NCBI RefSeq assembly: GCF_040448305.1
Contig: NZ_CP148752.1
Coordinates: 3,978,534-4,018,533 of the forward strand
From: Pseudomonas fluorescens
GTDB lineage: Bacteria > Pseudomonadota > Gammaproteobacteria > Pseudomonadales > Pseudomonadaceae
DNA length: 40,000 nucleotides
Reading direction: 5' to 3'
Position numbers and translations under genes: made by a program
Shown here: positions 18,110-26,192 of the stretch, piece after piece
How positions within the stretch are numbered: the first letter of the stretch is position 1
Layout: every line of letters begins with the position of its first letter
The notes under the pieces: generated by a model
Told to the model about the DNA's origin: nothing
The model's input: the letters and a program-made list of their open reading frames with translations, nothing else
Database searches by the model: none

Positions 18110-19071
18110 GCGTTTTAGGCATTGATGAAGTCACCTACGGTGTCGAGGACCTGGACACCAGCGCACGGTTTTTCAGTGACTGGGGCCTGAGCAAAGTCAG
18201 CGAACAACCTGACGAGGTGATCTTTGAAACCCTCAACGGCTGCCGCGTGGTGCTCGCCGACATCAATAAGGCTGGCCTGCCGCCGGCCATCGAGCCCGGT
18301 TCAACCGTGCGCGAAGTGGTCTGGGGCGTCGAAAGCGACGCCGACCTGAAGCTTTACAGCGAACGAATCGCCAACGATCCGGGCTTCATCGAAGCGAACG
18401 GCCGTATTGGTTGCACCGACCCCAATGGCCTGGCGATCCGTCTGCAGGTGACCCGCAAGCGTGAACTGAACATTGAGTGCAGCGGCCATAACACCTGGCA
18501 AACCAAGGGCCGGATCAACAAGGCTGCGCCGGTCTACGAACGCGCAACACCCATCGAGGTCGGGCATGTGGTGTTTTTCGTCAAGGACGTCAACGCCTGC
18601 GAAGCCTTCTATCACGAGCGCTTCGGCTTCCAGGCCTCAGACCGCTATCCGGATCGCGGCGCGTTCCTGCGCACCGCTGAAGAAGGCGGTCACCACGATC
18701 TGTTCATGCTGCAACTGCCCGCCCCTCGCGCCGGCCTGAACCACGTCGCCTTCACCGTGCGCGATGTGCACGAAGTGTTCGGCGGCGGCATGCACATTTC
18801 CCGCAGCGGCTGGGCCACTGAAATCGGCCCGGGGCGGCACCCGGTGTCTTCGGCCTTCTTCTGGTACTTCAAGAACCCGGCCGGCGCGCTGGTCGAGTAC
18901 TACGCCGACGAAGACCAACTGACCGGCGAATGGGAACCACGCGACTTCGAACCCGGCCCGACAGTCTTCGCCGAATGGGCGATTGCTGGCGGCATCGATG
19001 GCAATACCCGCCGCCAGCAAAACGTCGAGGCGCCGCAAGGCAAGTTCCTGACTGACAAACCGAAGCCCTGA
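18106..19071 (+). CDS. two-domain VOC / type I extradiol-dioxygenase-like protein
   Basis: Candidate 2-His-1-carboxylate triad at H154 (EVGHVVFFV), H213 (LNHVAFTV) and E264 (ALVEYY). From memory, this spacing is essentially that of catechol 2,3-dioxygenase XylE (H153/H214/E265). ATGA overlap with the ALDH gene. Confidence 0.8.
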   Translation: MSVLGIDEVTYGVEDLDTSARFFSDWGLSKVSEQPDEVIFETLNGCRVVLADINKAGLPPAIEPGSTVREVVWGVESDADLKLYSERIANDPGFIEANGRIGCTDPNGLAIRLQVTRKRELNIECSGHNTWQTKGRINKAAPVYERATPIEVGHVVFFVKDVNACEAFYHERFGFQASDRYPDRGAFLRTAEEGGHHDLFMLQLPAPRAGLNHVAFTVRDVHEVFGGGMHISRSGWATEIGPGRHPVSSAFFWYFKNPAGALVEYYADEDQLTGEWEPRDFEPGPTVFAEWAIAGGIDGNTRRQQNVEAPQGKFLTDKPKP

Positions 19072-19084
19072 GCAGGTCACGAGC

Positions 19085-19402
19085 ATGAGCGAATCCTTGC
19101 TGGTGACCGTGCTGCTCAAGCACGACCAATCGAAAAACCTGGAAGACATTCAGCGGCACATGAAACAGCAGGACTGGTGGGAGCGCTTTCCCCCGCAAGG
19201 CGTCGAGGTGATGTCCTGGACCGTGGCCATGGGCCTGGGCCAGATCGTCACCCTGCGTTTGCCGCCGAGCCTGCTGCCGACCCTCAACGTCGAGCTCGAA
19301 CGCTCGGCCTGGGGCGTGTTCAGCACCGAAGTTTTCCCGACGTATGACTTTATCCCCGTGCGCGAAACGATCCGCGAACGGGTACGCAACGGAGGTCAAT
19401 GA
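19085..19402 (+). CDS. hypothetical 105-aa protein (possibly small alpha+beta, muconolactone-isomerase/DUF3303-like)
   Basis: ORF in the operon frame context, 13 nt after the VOC gene. The pattern LLVTVLLKH…W…SWTVAMGLGQIVTLRLPPSLLPTLNVELE…EVFP loosely resembles the ferredoxin-like small isomerase fold. That assignment is a guess. Confidence 0.55.
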   Translation: MSESLLVTVLLKHDQSKNLEDIQRHMKQQDWWERFPPQGVEVMSWTVAMGLGQIVTLRLPPSLLPTLNVELERSAWGVFSTEVFPTYDFIPVRETIRERVRNGGQ

Positions 19403-19403
19403 A

Positions 19404-19631
19404 ATGAGCAATACCGAACCCTACCTGCAGCCCAATCAGGCCCGCAAGCGCCCCAACACCCAGTTCGAAGAGTTGCTGGGCGACTCCATCGAACGCGCCT
19501 TCGGCAACGGGGTGACCGAGTTGCCCGACCTGCTCGCGCACCTGAACCTGGCGGGTCCGCCCTGCCCCCTGACCACCGGCGAATGGACACCGGACGCCTA
19601 TAAAACCCTGATGGCTCGGCTGGGCGAATGA
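19404..19631 (+). CDS. hypothetical 75-aa protein
   Basis: ATG 19404 lies 1 nt after the previous stop: MSNTEPYLQPNQARKRPNTQFEELLGDSIERAFGNGVTELPDLLAHLNLAGPPCPLTTGEWTPDAYKTLMARLGE. No catalytic motif recognised. Confidence 0.5.
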   Translation: MSNTEPYLQPNQARKRPNTQFEELLGDSIERAFGNGVTELPDLLAHLNLAGPPCPLTTGEWTPDAYKTLMARLGE

Positions 19632-19652
19632 CCCGCCGGAGGTAAATAAGAA

Positions 19653-20687
19653 ATGAACATGAACACAACCGTTGATCCTGTAGAAAACCTCCTGGCAAAT
19701 GGCTTGAAGAACCTCTGGTTCCCGGTCCTGCCGAGCGACCAACTGGGCGAGAAGCCGGTGTCGATCCGTCGACTGGGCTACAAGATTGCCTTGTGGCGTG
19801 ACAATGACGGCAGTGTGCATGCCCTCGAAGACCATTGCCCACATCGCGGCGCACCGTTGTCCCAGGGCCCGGTATTGGGTGATCGTCTGCAATGCCCTTA
19901 TCACGGCGTCGAAGTGCGCTGCGACGGTACCGTCACCAAGGTTCCCGGCAGCCCCGGTTGCAAACTCGAAGGCAGCCGCCCGACCCGGATGTTCCACACC
20001 CGTGAAGCCGCCGGCGCGATCTTTCTCTACAACGCCGCCGAACCGCACGTTGAAAACCCACCGGAACTGGTGCTGCCCGAGCAGCTGACTTCCCCGGAGT
20101 GGAGCAGCTTCGTCTGCTACGCCGAGTGGAAAGGCGACTACCGCTACGTCATCGACAACGTCATGGACCCGATGCACGGCACCTACCTGCACAAGATGTC
20201 GCACTCCATGAGCGAAGGCGAAGCCACCGCCAAGTTCGTCACCCGCGACACCGACAAAGGTTTCTTCTTCGAGAAGGAAGGCCAGCGCGGGGTGAACTTC
20301 GACTGGACCGAATTCATGGACGACAGCTGCCACTGGCTGCGCCTGGAAATCCCGTATCCGAAAACCGGCGGCCCGGGCGGTAACTTCACCATCATCGGCA
20401 GCTACACGCCGAGCGGCCCTTCCATGTCGGCGGTGTTCCACTGGCGTTGCCGCCCACTGACCGGCTGGCAACGCGACACCTGGCGGTTCCTCTACAAGAA
20501 TCGTCTGGAAGCCCGCCACTGGGCGGTGCTGGAACAGGATCGGACGCTGCTCGAATTCATGGAACCAGACGCCAACCAGCGGGAAAACCTCTACCAGCAC
20601 GACCTTGGTGTAGTGCGCCTGCGTCGCTACCTGAAAAACGCGGCCAAGGCCCAACTGGAGCTGATCGACGCGAAGCAATTGTCATGA
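19653..20687 (+). CDS. Rieske [2Fe-2S] non-haem-iron oxygenase, alpha subunit only (class IA, phthalate/VanA/TsaM-like)
   Basis: Rieske motif CPHRGAPLSQG…CPYHG and mononuclear iron motif DNVMDPMHGTYLH. At 344 aa it has no adjacent beta subunit or ferredoxin. GGAGG lies upstream of the ATG. Confidence 0.9.
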   Translation: MNMNTTVDPVENLLANGLKNLWFPVLPSDQLGEKPVSIRRLGYKIALWRDNDGSVHALEDHCPHRGAPLSQGPVLGDRLQCPYHGVEVRCDGTVTKVPGSPGCKLEGSRPTRMFHTREAAGAIFLYNAAEPHVENPPELVLPEQLTSPEWSSFVCYAEWKGDYRYVIDNVMDPMHGTYLHKMSHSMSEGEATAKFVTRDTDKGFFFEKEGQRGVNFDWTEFMDDSCHWLRLEIPYPKTGGPGGNFTIIGSYTPSGPSMSAVFHWRCRPLTGWQRDTWRFLYKNRLEARHWAVLEQDRTLLEFMEPDANQRENLYQHDLGVVRLRRYLKNAAKAQLELIDAKQLS

Positions 20688-21121
20688 ACGCAGCGGTGCA
20701 ACGTGTTCAGGCCGACTCGCTGAACGAGTCGGCCAGCAACACCTGGTCGAATGCCTTGCTGATCGGCAACGAGGTGGTGATGTCCGGCATGACCGGTCAT
20801 CCCGCCACGCGCCTTGCCGCTGAATCCGGCACGCCGCTCGATACCTATGCCCAGACCCTGGTGGTGCTGGGCAAGGTTCGAGCGCTGGTCGAAGCGGCCG
20901 GTGGCCATGTCGGCAATATCTACCGGCTCACGGTGTATGTCACCGCCATCGCCGACAAGGACGAAGTGGGTCGCGCGCGTCGCGACTTCTTCGCCGGTCA
21001 GGCGCTGTTCCCGACCTCCACGCTGGTCGAAGTGAGCGCGCTGGTGTTTCCCGAACTGCGGGTGGAGATCGAGGCCGGCGCGCGTCTCGATCTCGATTTG
21101 CGAACTGTCGAAAAGAGGTGA
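20684..21121 (+). CDS. RidA/YjgF-family (enamine/imine deaminase-type) protein
   Basis: 145-aa protein …NEVVMSGMTGH…NIYRLTVYVTAI…FPTSTLVEVSALVFPELRVEIEA, the typical RidA fold signature. ATG 20684 overlaps the Rieske stop (ATGA). Confidence 0.8.
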   Translation: MNAAVQRVQADSLNESASNTWSNALLIGNEVVMSGMTGHPATRLAAESGTPLDTYAQTLVVLGKVRALVEAAGGHVGNIYRLTVYVTAIADKDEVGRARRDFFAGQALFPTSTLVEVSALVFPELRVEIEAGARLDLDLRTVEKR

Positions 21122-21124
21122 CCG

Positions 21125-22084
21125 ATGTCCATTTCCTCCCCCCTCACCGCGCTTGTGCATACCCTGCGCTACGAAGCCGAAGGCATCATCAGTGTCGAGT
21201 TGCGGCCCTACGGCGACACGGTATTCGCCCCGTTCGAAGCCGGTTCGCACATTGATCTGCATCTGCCCAACGGGCTGGTGCGCAGCTACTCACTGCTCAA
21301 CTCGCCGAGCGATCGAGACCGCTATGTGGTCGGCATCCTGCGTGATCGCAACAGCCGTGGTGGTTCGGAATATGTGCATGGGCAACTGCGGGTCGGCATG
21401 CAACTGCCGATTTCGGCACCGCGCAATAACTTCCAGCTCGACCTGAGCGCCAGGCACAGCGTGCTGGTAGCCGGCGGTATCGGTATCACGCCGATCTACT
21501 GCATGTTCCGCCAATTGCTGGCACTGGGAAAATCTGCCGAACTGATCTACTGCGCCCGTTCGCGGCAGGAAGCGGCACTGGTGGAAGAACTCAGCGGTCT
21601 GAGCGCCAAGGTGGTTTACCACTTCAATGACGAAAAAGGCATGCCGCCGGACCTGAGCGCCTACCTGGCAGGCCAGCCCGACGACACGCATTTTTATTGC
21701 TGCGGTCCGACACCGATGCTCGATGCCTTTGAAAGCACCTGCGAAGGCCTGGGTTATCCCCATGCGCATATCGAGCGTTTCGCCGCGGCTGAACTGCCGC
21801 CGTCCGAAGACGCGCAGAGCAGTTACAGCGTCGAGCTGAAAAAGTCCGGCAAGACACTGTCGATCGAACCGGGCCTGAGTTTGCTCGATGTGTTGCTAGA
21901 GGCCGGTTGTGACATCGAGTACAGCTGTCGCGAAGGCGTTTGTGGTTCCTGCGAAACGCGGGTGCTGGAGGGTGATGTCGACCACCGTGACGGCGTGCTG
22001 ACCAAAGCCGAGCGTGCCGCGAATAAATCAATGATGGTGTGTGTATCCGGCTGCAAGAGCCGGCGACTGGTGCTCGACCTGTAA
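21125..22084 (+). CDS. PDR/VanB-type oxidoreductase (FMN + NAD(P)H + plant-type [2Fe-2S]), reductase partner of the Rieske oxygenase
   Basis: FMN motif RSYSL, NAD motif VAGGIGITP, C-terminal cluster CREGVCGSCETRV…MVCVSGC. Confidence 0.9.
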   Translation: MSISSPLTALVHTLRYEAEGIISVELRPYGDTVFAPFEAGSHIDLHLPNGLVRSYSLLNSPSDRDRYVVGILRDRNSRGGSEYVHGQLRVGMQLPISAPRNNFQLDLSARHSVLVAGGIGITPIYCMFRQLLALGKSAELIYCARSRQEAALVEELSGLSAKVVYHFNDEKGMPPDLSAYLAGQPDDTHFYCCGPTPMLDAFESTCEGLGYPHAHIERFAAAELPPSEDAQSSYSVELKKSGKTLSIEPGLSLLDVLLEAGCDIEYSCREGVCGSCETRVLEGDVDHRDGVLTKAERAANKSMMVCVSGCKSRRLVLDL

Positions 22085-22107
22085 CACCTCTATTTCACCC
22101 GTTAAAC

Positions 22108-22133
22108 AGGCCGACTTTATGTCGGCCTTTTTT
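22108..22133 (+). terminator. rho-independent terminator ending the 17-gene operon
   Basis: AGGCCGAC (22108-22115) / GTCGGCCT (22121-22128) with a 5-nt loop, running into TTTTTT. It begins 24 nt after the reductase stop. Confidence 0.85.
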
Positions 22134-22467
22134 ATGCGCATGAAGTTACATCGCACAGTTAACGTGCACTTTGGTTACCCCCGCGACCTCACGTTTCACG
22201 GGCAATACAAGGAAATGCGTTTCCTATATAAACAATTGTTTTTACTAGGTTTATTCCTGACTGAAAGTGCAGCCAGCAGTTGGCATAGTTTCTGCTCTAT
22301 ATCTATCAGATTCATATGTCATACGCCGTATTACCTATGAAACAGTAAAAATAAAAACCCACGCCACATAGCAACATTCGAACGTTTCCAGCCATTGCCA
22401 CTTTAAAGGCAAGCGGAGAAGTGTTGCCGGTCACTTTGTAGCGCTCAACATTGCAGGGGAAGTCAGC

Positions 22468-23697
22468 ATGAAGAATTACGTTATAGGTCTGGGACTGTTG
22501 ATGAGCAGCTGCCTCAGCTTCGCAGGCGAACCCGGTCCTGCTGCGCCAGAGTCATCGGCCACCGCGAAAAAGCCGTTTCCGCATATCGCCTGGCGTAGCG
22601 AGGACGGCCAAAGCAGCCTGGACATCGGCGGCGCCTTGCGCACCAACTATCGCGATGAGCATTGGGATACTACCGAAAACAATGGCCGGTTTCTGTTCGA
22701 CACCTTCCGTATCGATGTGCAAGCGACTTACAAGAACCTCTACAGTGATGTCGGCTACTGGTTCCAGGACGACGGTAAACGTTCCATCGATCGTGGTTTC
22801 GTTGGCTATCGCCTGAACAGCAATTCCAATCTGCAAGTGGGGGCGCCGTTCAAACCGTTCGGGCTGGAACCCTACCCGCAATTCGGCTGGAGCTATCACC
22901 TGCCCTTCTTCATGGGTTACGGCGTCAGCGCCGGCACCGGTTTGAAGTACAGCTACAAGGACAAGGACTGGGACCTGCAGCTGGGGTACTTCCCGCGCAT
23001 GTTGCCTTCCGACATCCGCTACTCGCCGGAGGTCGGCCGTTACGCCGATCTCAAGGACAATGCGATTCCCTTTATCCAGTCGCGCCAGGATAACGAGAAG
23101 CACAACCAGCTCAATGCACGCGTCGCGCGGACCTTTGTCAACGATGGCTGGAAAACCGAAATCGGCGCATCGCTGGCCACTGCCCAGCTCTATAACGCCA
23201 CCACCAAGGATGACGGCGACTATTGGGCCGGCGGCATCCACGCCATCATCAACGCCGGTCAGTGGACCGTCAGCACCCAAGGCATTCGCTACGAATACGA
23301 CCCGAAAAACCCGACCGGCGTCAGCGACGATTCAATACTCATGGGCGGCAACGGGCTGACGCCCGCTTACCTGATTGCCGCCAAAGCCACCATCGCTTCG
23401 CTGAACGTCAGCTACGACATCCCCACGCCGAAACTGGGGCAGTTGAAGAAAATCAAACTGTACAACGACTACAGCCGCATGATGAAAGACAAGAGCGGTT
23501 GGGACGACTCGCAGATGTACACCGTCGGTGCACAGTTCCTCGCGATGCCGATCATGGCGTGGGTCGACCTGACCTGGGCGAAAAACGCCAACCCCTATGG
23601 CGGTGCAGAAAATGGCACCGGGTTTACCAATACCAGTTCAACAGGCAGTAATCAGTGGTACTACCGAACAAACATCAATATCGGGTACTACTTTTGA
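22468..23697 (+). CDS. outer-membrane beta-barrel porin (substrate unknown)
   Basis: Signal peptide MKNYVIGLGLLMSSCLSFA, Tyr/Gly/Asp-rich alternating strands, and the terminal …YYRTNINIGYYF with a C-terminal Phe typical of OMPs. Confidence 0.75.
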   Translation: MKNYVIGLGLLMSSCLSFAGEPGPAAPESSATAKKPFPHIAWRSEDGQSSLDIGGALRTNYRDEHWDTTENNGRFLFDTFRIDVQATYKNLYSDVGYWFQDDGKRSIDRGFVGYRLNSNSNLQVGAPFKPFGLEPYPQFGWSYHLPFFMGYGVSAGTGLKYSYKDKDWDLQLGYFPRMLPSDIRYSPEVGRYADLKDNAIPFIQSRQDNEKHNQLNARVARTFVNDGWKTEIGASLATAQLYNATTKDDGDYWAGGIHAIINAGQWTVSTQGIRYEYDPKNPTGVSDDSILMGGNGLTPAYLIAAKATIASLNVSYDIPTPKLGQLKKIKLYNDYSRMMKDKSGWDDSQMYTVGAQFLAMPIMAWVDLTWAKNANPYGGAENGTGFTNTSSTGSNQWYYRTNINIGYYF

Positions 23698-23777
23698 TTC
23701 ACGGGTATTTGCCACTGAAGGGAGTCGATTGCTGCCCTTTCCGACCGGCAGCCATCGGCCCACCGAAGGTCTGCCGG

Positions 23778-24704
23778 TCAAATGGCCCATGGGGGCGCGG
23801 GGATAAACTTTGACTCAATCCATTGTTTGAACGCGACGACCACGGCACCCGGAAATTTGGCCGATGGCCTGACCAGGTAGACCCCACCGGCGGTGTCCAA
23901 TTGCCAGTCAGGAAGAACATGCAACAGCCTCCCGGCAGCAATATCACGACTCATCAACCAGTCACCTGCCCCCAGTATTCCGGCATCGGCGCGGGCCGCT
24001 GCCAGTAATGATTCGCTGTCATTGGCCGTCAGGTTTCCTTTGGGAGAAACCGTCTGCAGCTCATTGCCGCAATGGAGTCTCCACTGGGGAAAAGACGCAA
24101 GGCCACTGAAGCGAAGGCAATTGTGCCGGATCAGGTCCTGTGGCGTTTCGGGCATGCCGTGCTGTCCGATGTAAGCAGGCGAGGCACAGAGTATCCGCCG
24201 ATGGTCACTCAGTTTCTTGGCGATCAACCGGCTGTCTTCCAACTCTCCGATTCGGATCGCCACGTCAAAACCTTCATCGATGATGTCGACCAGACGCTCG
24301 CTGTAGTCTGCAAGGATCGAGACATGCGGATGAGCCTTGAGAAACTCCGGCAGCATCGGGCCAAGCCAACGCCTGCCCATGGCTGCCGGCAATGCAAGGC
24401 GCAAAGTACCGCGGATTTCGCTGGCGCCCTCGGACGCTTGCTGCTGCGCTTCATTCATCAATTCGATGGCCGAGCGAAGGCGCTGCTCCAGCCTGGCACC
24501 TGTTTCAGTGATTCGAACCTGCCGGGTGGAGCGCTCCACGAGCCGAACGCCAAGGCGCTTTTCCATTGCGGCGAGTCGTTTCGAGACGACTGTAGGGTGT
24601 CGCTGCAATAGCCGGCCAGCTCCGACAAATGAGCCTTGCGAGGCCACGGCCAGAAACGCAGCGATTTCGTCACTGTACTGATTGTTCAGAACATCAAGAT
24701 TCAT
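23778..24704 (-). CDS. LysR-family transcriptional regulator
   Basis: N-terminal HTH …IAAFLAVASQGSFVGAGRLLQRHPTVVSKRLAAMEKRLGVRLVERSTRQVRITETG… Length is 308 aa. The start overlaps the upstream qor-like stop (ATGA at 24701-24704). Confidence 0.9.
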   Translation of the reverse strand: MNLDVLNNQYSDEIAAFLAVASQGSFVGAGRLLQRHPTVVSKRLAAMEKRLGVRLVERSTRQVRITETGARLEQRLRSAIELMNEAQQQASEGASEIRGTLRLALPAAMGRRWLGPMLPEFLKAHPHVSILADYSERLVDIIDEGFDVAIRIGELEDSRLIAKKLSDHRRILCASPAYIGQHGMPETPQDLIRHNCLRFSGLASFPQWRLHCGNELQTVSPKGNLTANDSESLLAAARADAGILGAGDWLMSRDIAAGRLLHVLPDWQLDTAGGVYLVRPSAKFPGAVVVAFKQWIESKFIPAPPWAI

Positions 24705-25675
24705 GGTTTTAGAATGATCGCCCCCGATGAACGCCCCGACTCCAGGTCCGCATGCGCCAATGCTGCGTCAGCCAGAGAGTAGCTTGCCCGAACCCGAGGT
24801 TTGATAATTCCCGCACCTATGGCGGCCAACACATCCTGCGCTCGCTCCTGATACTCGGAGGCACTCGCCGTATGGGCTGCCAAAGAAGGACGTGTGAGGA
24901 ACAGCGAGCCTTTGGCATTGAGTGTCGACAGTTCCACGGCTGACGGCGCACCTGATGAAGCGCCAAACGATACCATCAGACCTCGTGGTCGCAAGCTATC
25001 CAGGGATGCCTGGAAAGAAACACGCCCTATCGGGTCATAGACGACGTCGACCATTTTACCCTCGGTGATTCGAGCGACTTGGGAAGCCAGGCTGTCAGCA
25101 TCGAACACCAGGACTTCATCGCATCCCGACGCCTGAGCTTTCTCGACACTGGCTTGCTTTGAAACCACGCCGATCACCGTGGCACCCAAATGCTTGGCCC
25201 ACGGCACCATGATTTCCCCCAACCCTCCAGCCACACCGTAAAGGAGAATGGTTGTGCCGGGCCCTACCGGATAGGTGGCTTTCAAAAGGTACTGTGCAGT
25301 GATGCCCTTGAACATGACGGCTGCGGCATCGTCAAATGACAGCGAATCCGGAATTTTGACCACCCGCTCTGCCGGATAAAGCCGGGCCGAAGCATAGGAA
25401 CCGATAGGGCCGGTGGCATAGGCCACGCGATCCCCTACTCGCACGTTGCTGACACCCGCCCCCACAGCTGCGACACGCCCGGCGCCTTCCAGCCCAAGTC
25501 CGGATGGCAACGCAACGGGCACCGCTCCCTTGCGCTGGGTAACGTCGAGGAAGTTGACACCTACAGCCTCTTGCTCAAGCCAGACCTCGCCTTGGCCTGG
25601 CGCTTGTTCGCCCAGTGTCTCCAGGTTCAGTACTTCAGGGCTGCCGAGCTGGTTGAACCGGATCGCAGATACCAT
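24701..25675 (-). CDS. NADPH:quinone oxidoreductase / zeta-crystallin-type MDR dehydrogenase
   Basis: MDR pattern …GEVWLEQEAVGVNFLDV…GLEGAGRVAAVG… and cofactor fold LLYGVAGGLGEIMVPWAKHLGATVIG. ATG 25675 has AGGAG 8 nt upstream. The track starts at GTG 25696. Confidence 0.85.
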   Translation of the reverse strand: MVSAIRFNQLGSPEVLNLETLGEQAPGQGEVWLEQEAVGVNFLDVTQRKGAVPVALPSGLGLEGAGRVAAVGAGVSNVRVGDRVAYATGPIGSYASARLYPAERVVKIPDSLSFDDAAAVMFKGITAQYLLKATYPVGPGTTILLYGVAGGLGEIMVPWAKHLGATVIGVVSKQASVEKAQASGCDEVLVFDADSLASQVARITEGKMVDVVYDPIGRVSFQASLDSLRPRGLMVSFGASSGAPSAVELSTLNAKGSLFLTRPSLAAHTASASEYQERAQDVLAAIGAGIIKPRVRASYSLADAALAHADLESGRSSGAIILKP

Positions 25676-25785
25676 GGTCATTTCTCCTTCAGTCACGAGC
25701 CGTTATCAAATGAGTGGCCCCAGTGTGAGAACTGATCTGCTGATGAACAAGACTGGTTGATTGCAGGACATTAATGCACTGAATG

Positions 25786-25802
25786 CAGCAATATAATTGC
25801 TG
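25786..25802. promoter_or_regulatory. inverted repeat (7-bp arms, 3-nt spacer), candidate LysR-type operator upstream of qor-lysR
   Basis: CAGCAAT-ATA-ATTGCTG, about 110 nt upstream of the qor-like start, inside an AT-rich stretch. Confidence 0.35.
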
Positions 25803-26192
25803 ATAGCACGCATTGCTACGTGGAGCATGCTGGGTTCATGTGATTATGGAGAAAGCCAACGGTTGTCTCCGAGAGTCCGCTATGGGTAGTGGATTCTGGT
25901 AACCAGGTGCAGGTGGGTCGGACACTCGCGTAGCAGTCGCCAGTCCACTTCGGTGGTCACCTGCCAGCCACCGCATCGTTGAAACCGGGCCTGCTGCACT
26001 GGAGAGCTGTAGTTCAATTACTTGGCGTTATGCCGTGGGGGTCCTGACTTTTATCAACTAATCAGCAGCTATCGTTAACGCACGACTGGTTTTCGATTAC
26101 TAAACCCCTTGTTGATTCAGCTCAACGATTTTCCGGCTCCCAGGCGTAGAAGTACTCTGATTCACCGCCTCCCTTTTCGCTGGAGATTTGCC

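Noticed and set aside
7515-20678. Long minus-strand ORFs across the operon (7515..8414, 8436..9302, 9430..10260, 10230..10991, 10910..11635, 13470..14285, 13879..14898, 14935..15816, 15971..16588, 17357..18091, 19350..20678)
   Set aside because: Each is antisense to a + strand gene with clear catalytic or transport motifs. Their translations are Arg/Gly/Ala/His-rich with no motifs, which is the typical high-GC mirror-frame artefact.
23743-23779. Inverted repeat GACCGGCAG…CTGCCGGTC between the convergent porin and lysR genes, as a bidirectional terminator
   Set aside because: It has a 19-nt loop, no flanking T/A runs, and overlaps the lysR stop codon. That is too weak to call.
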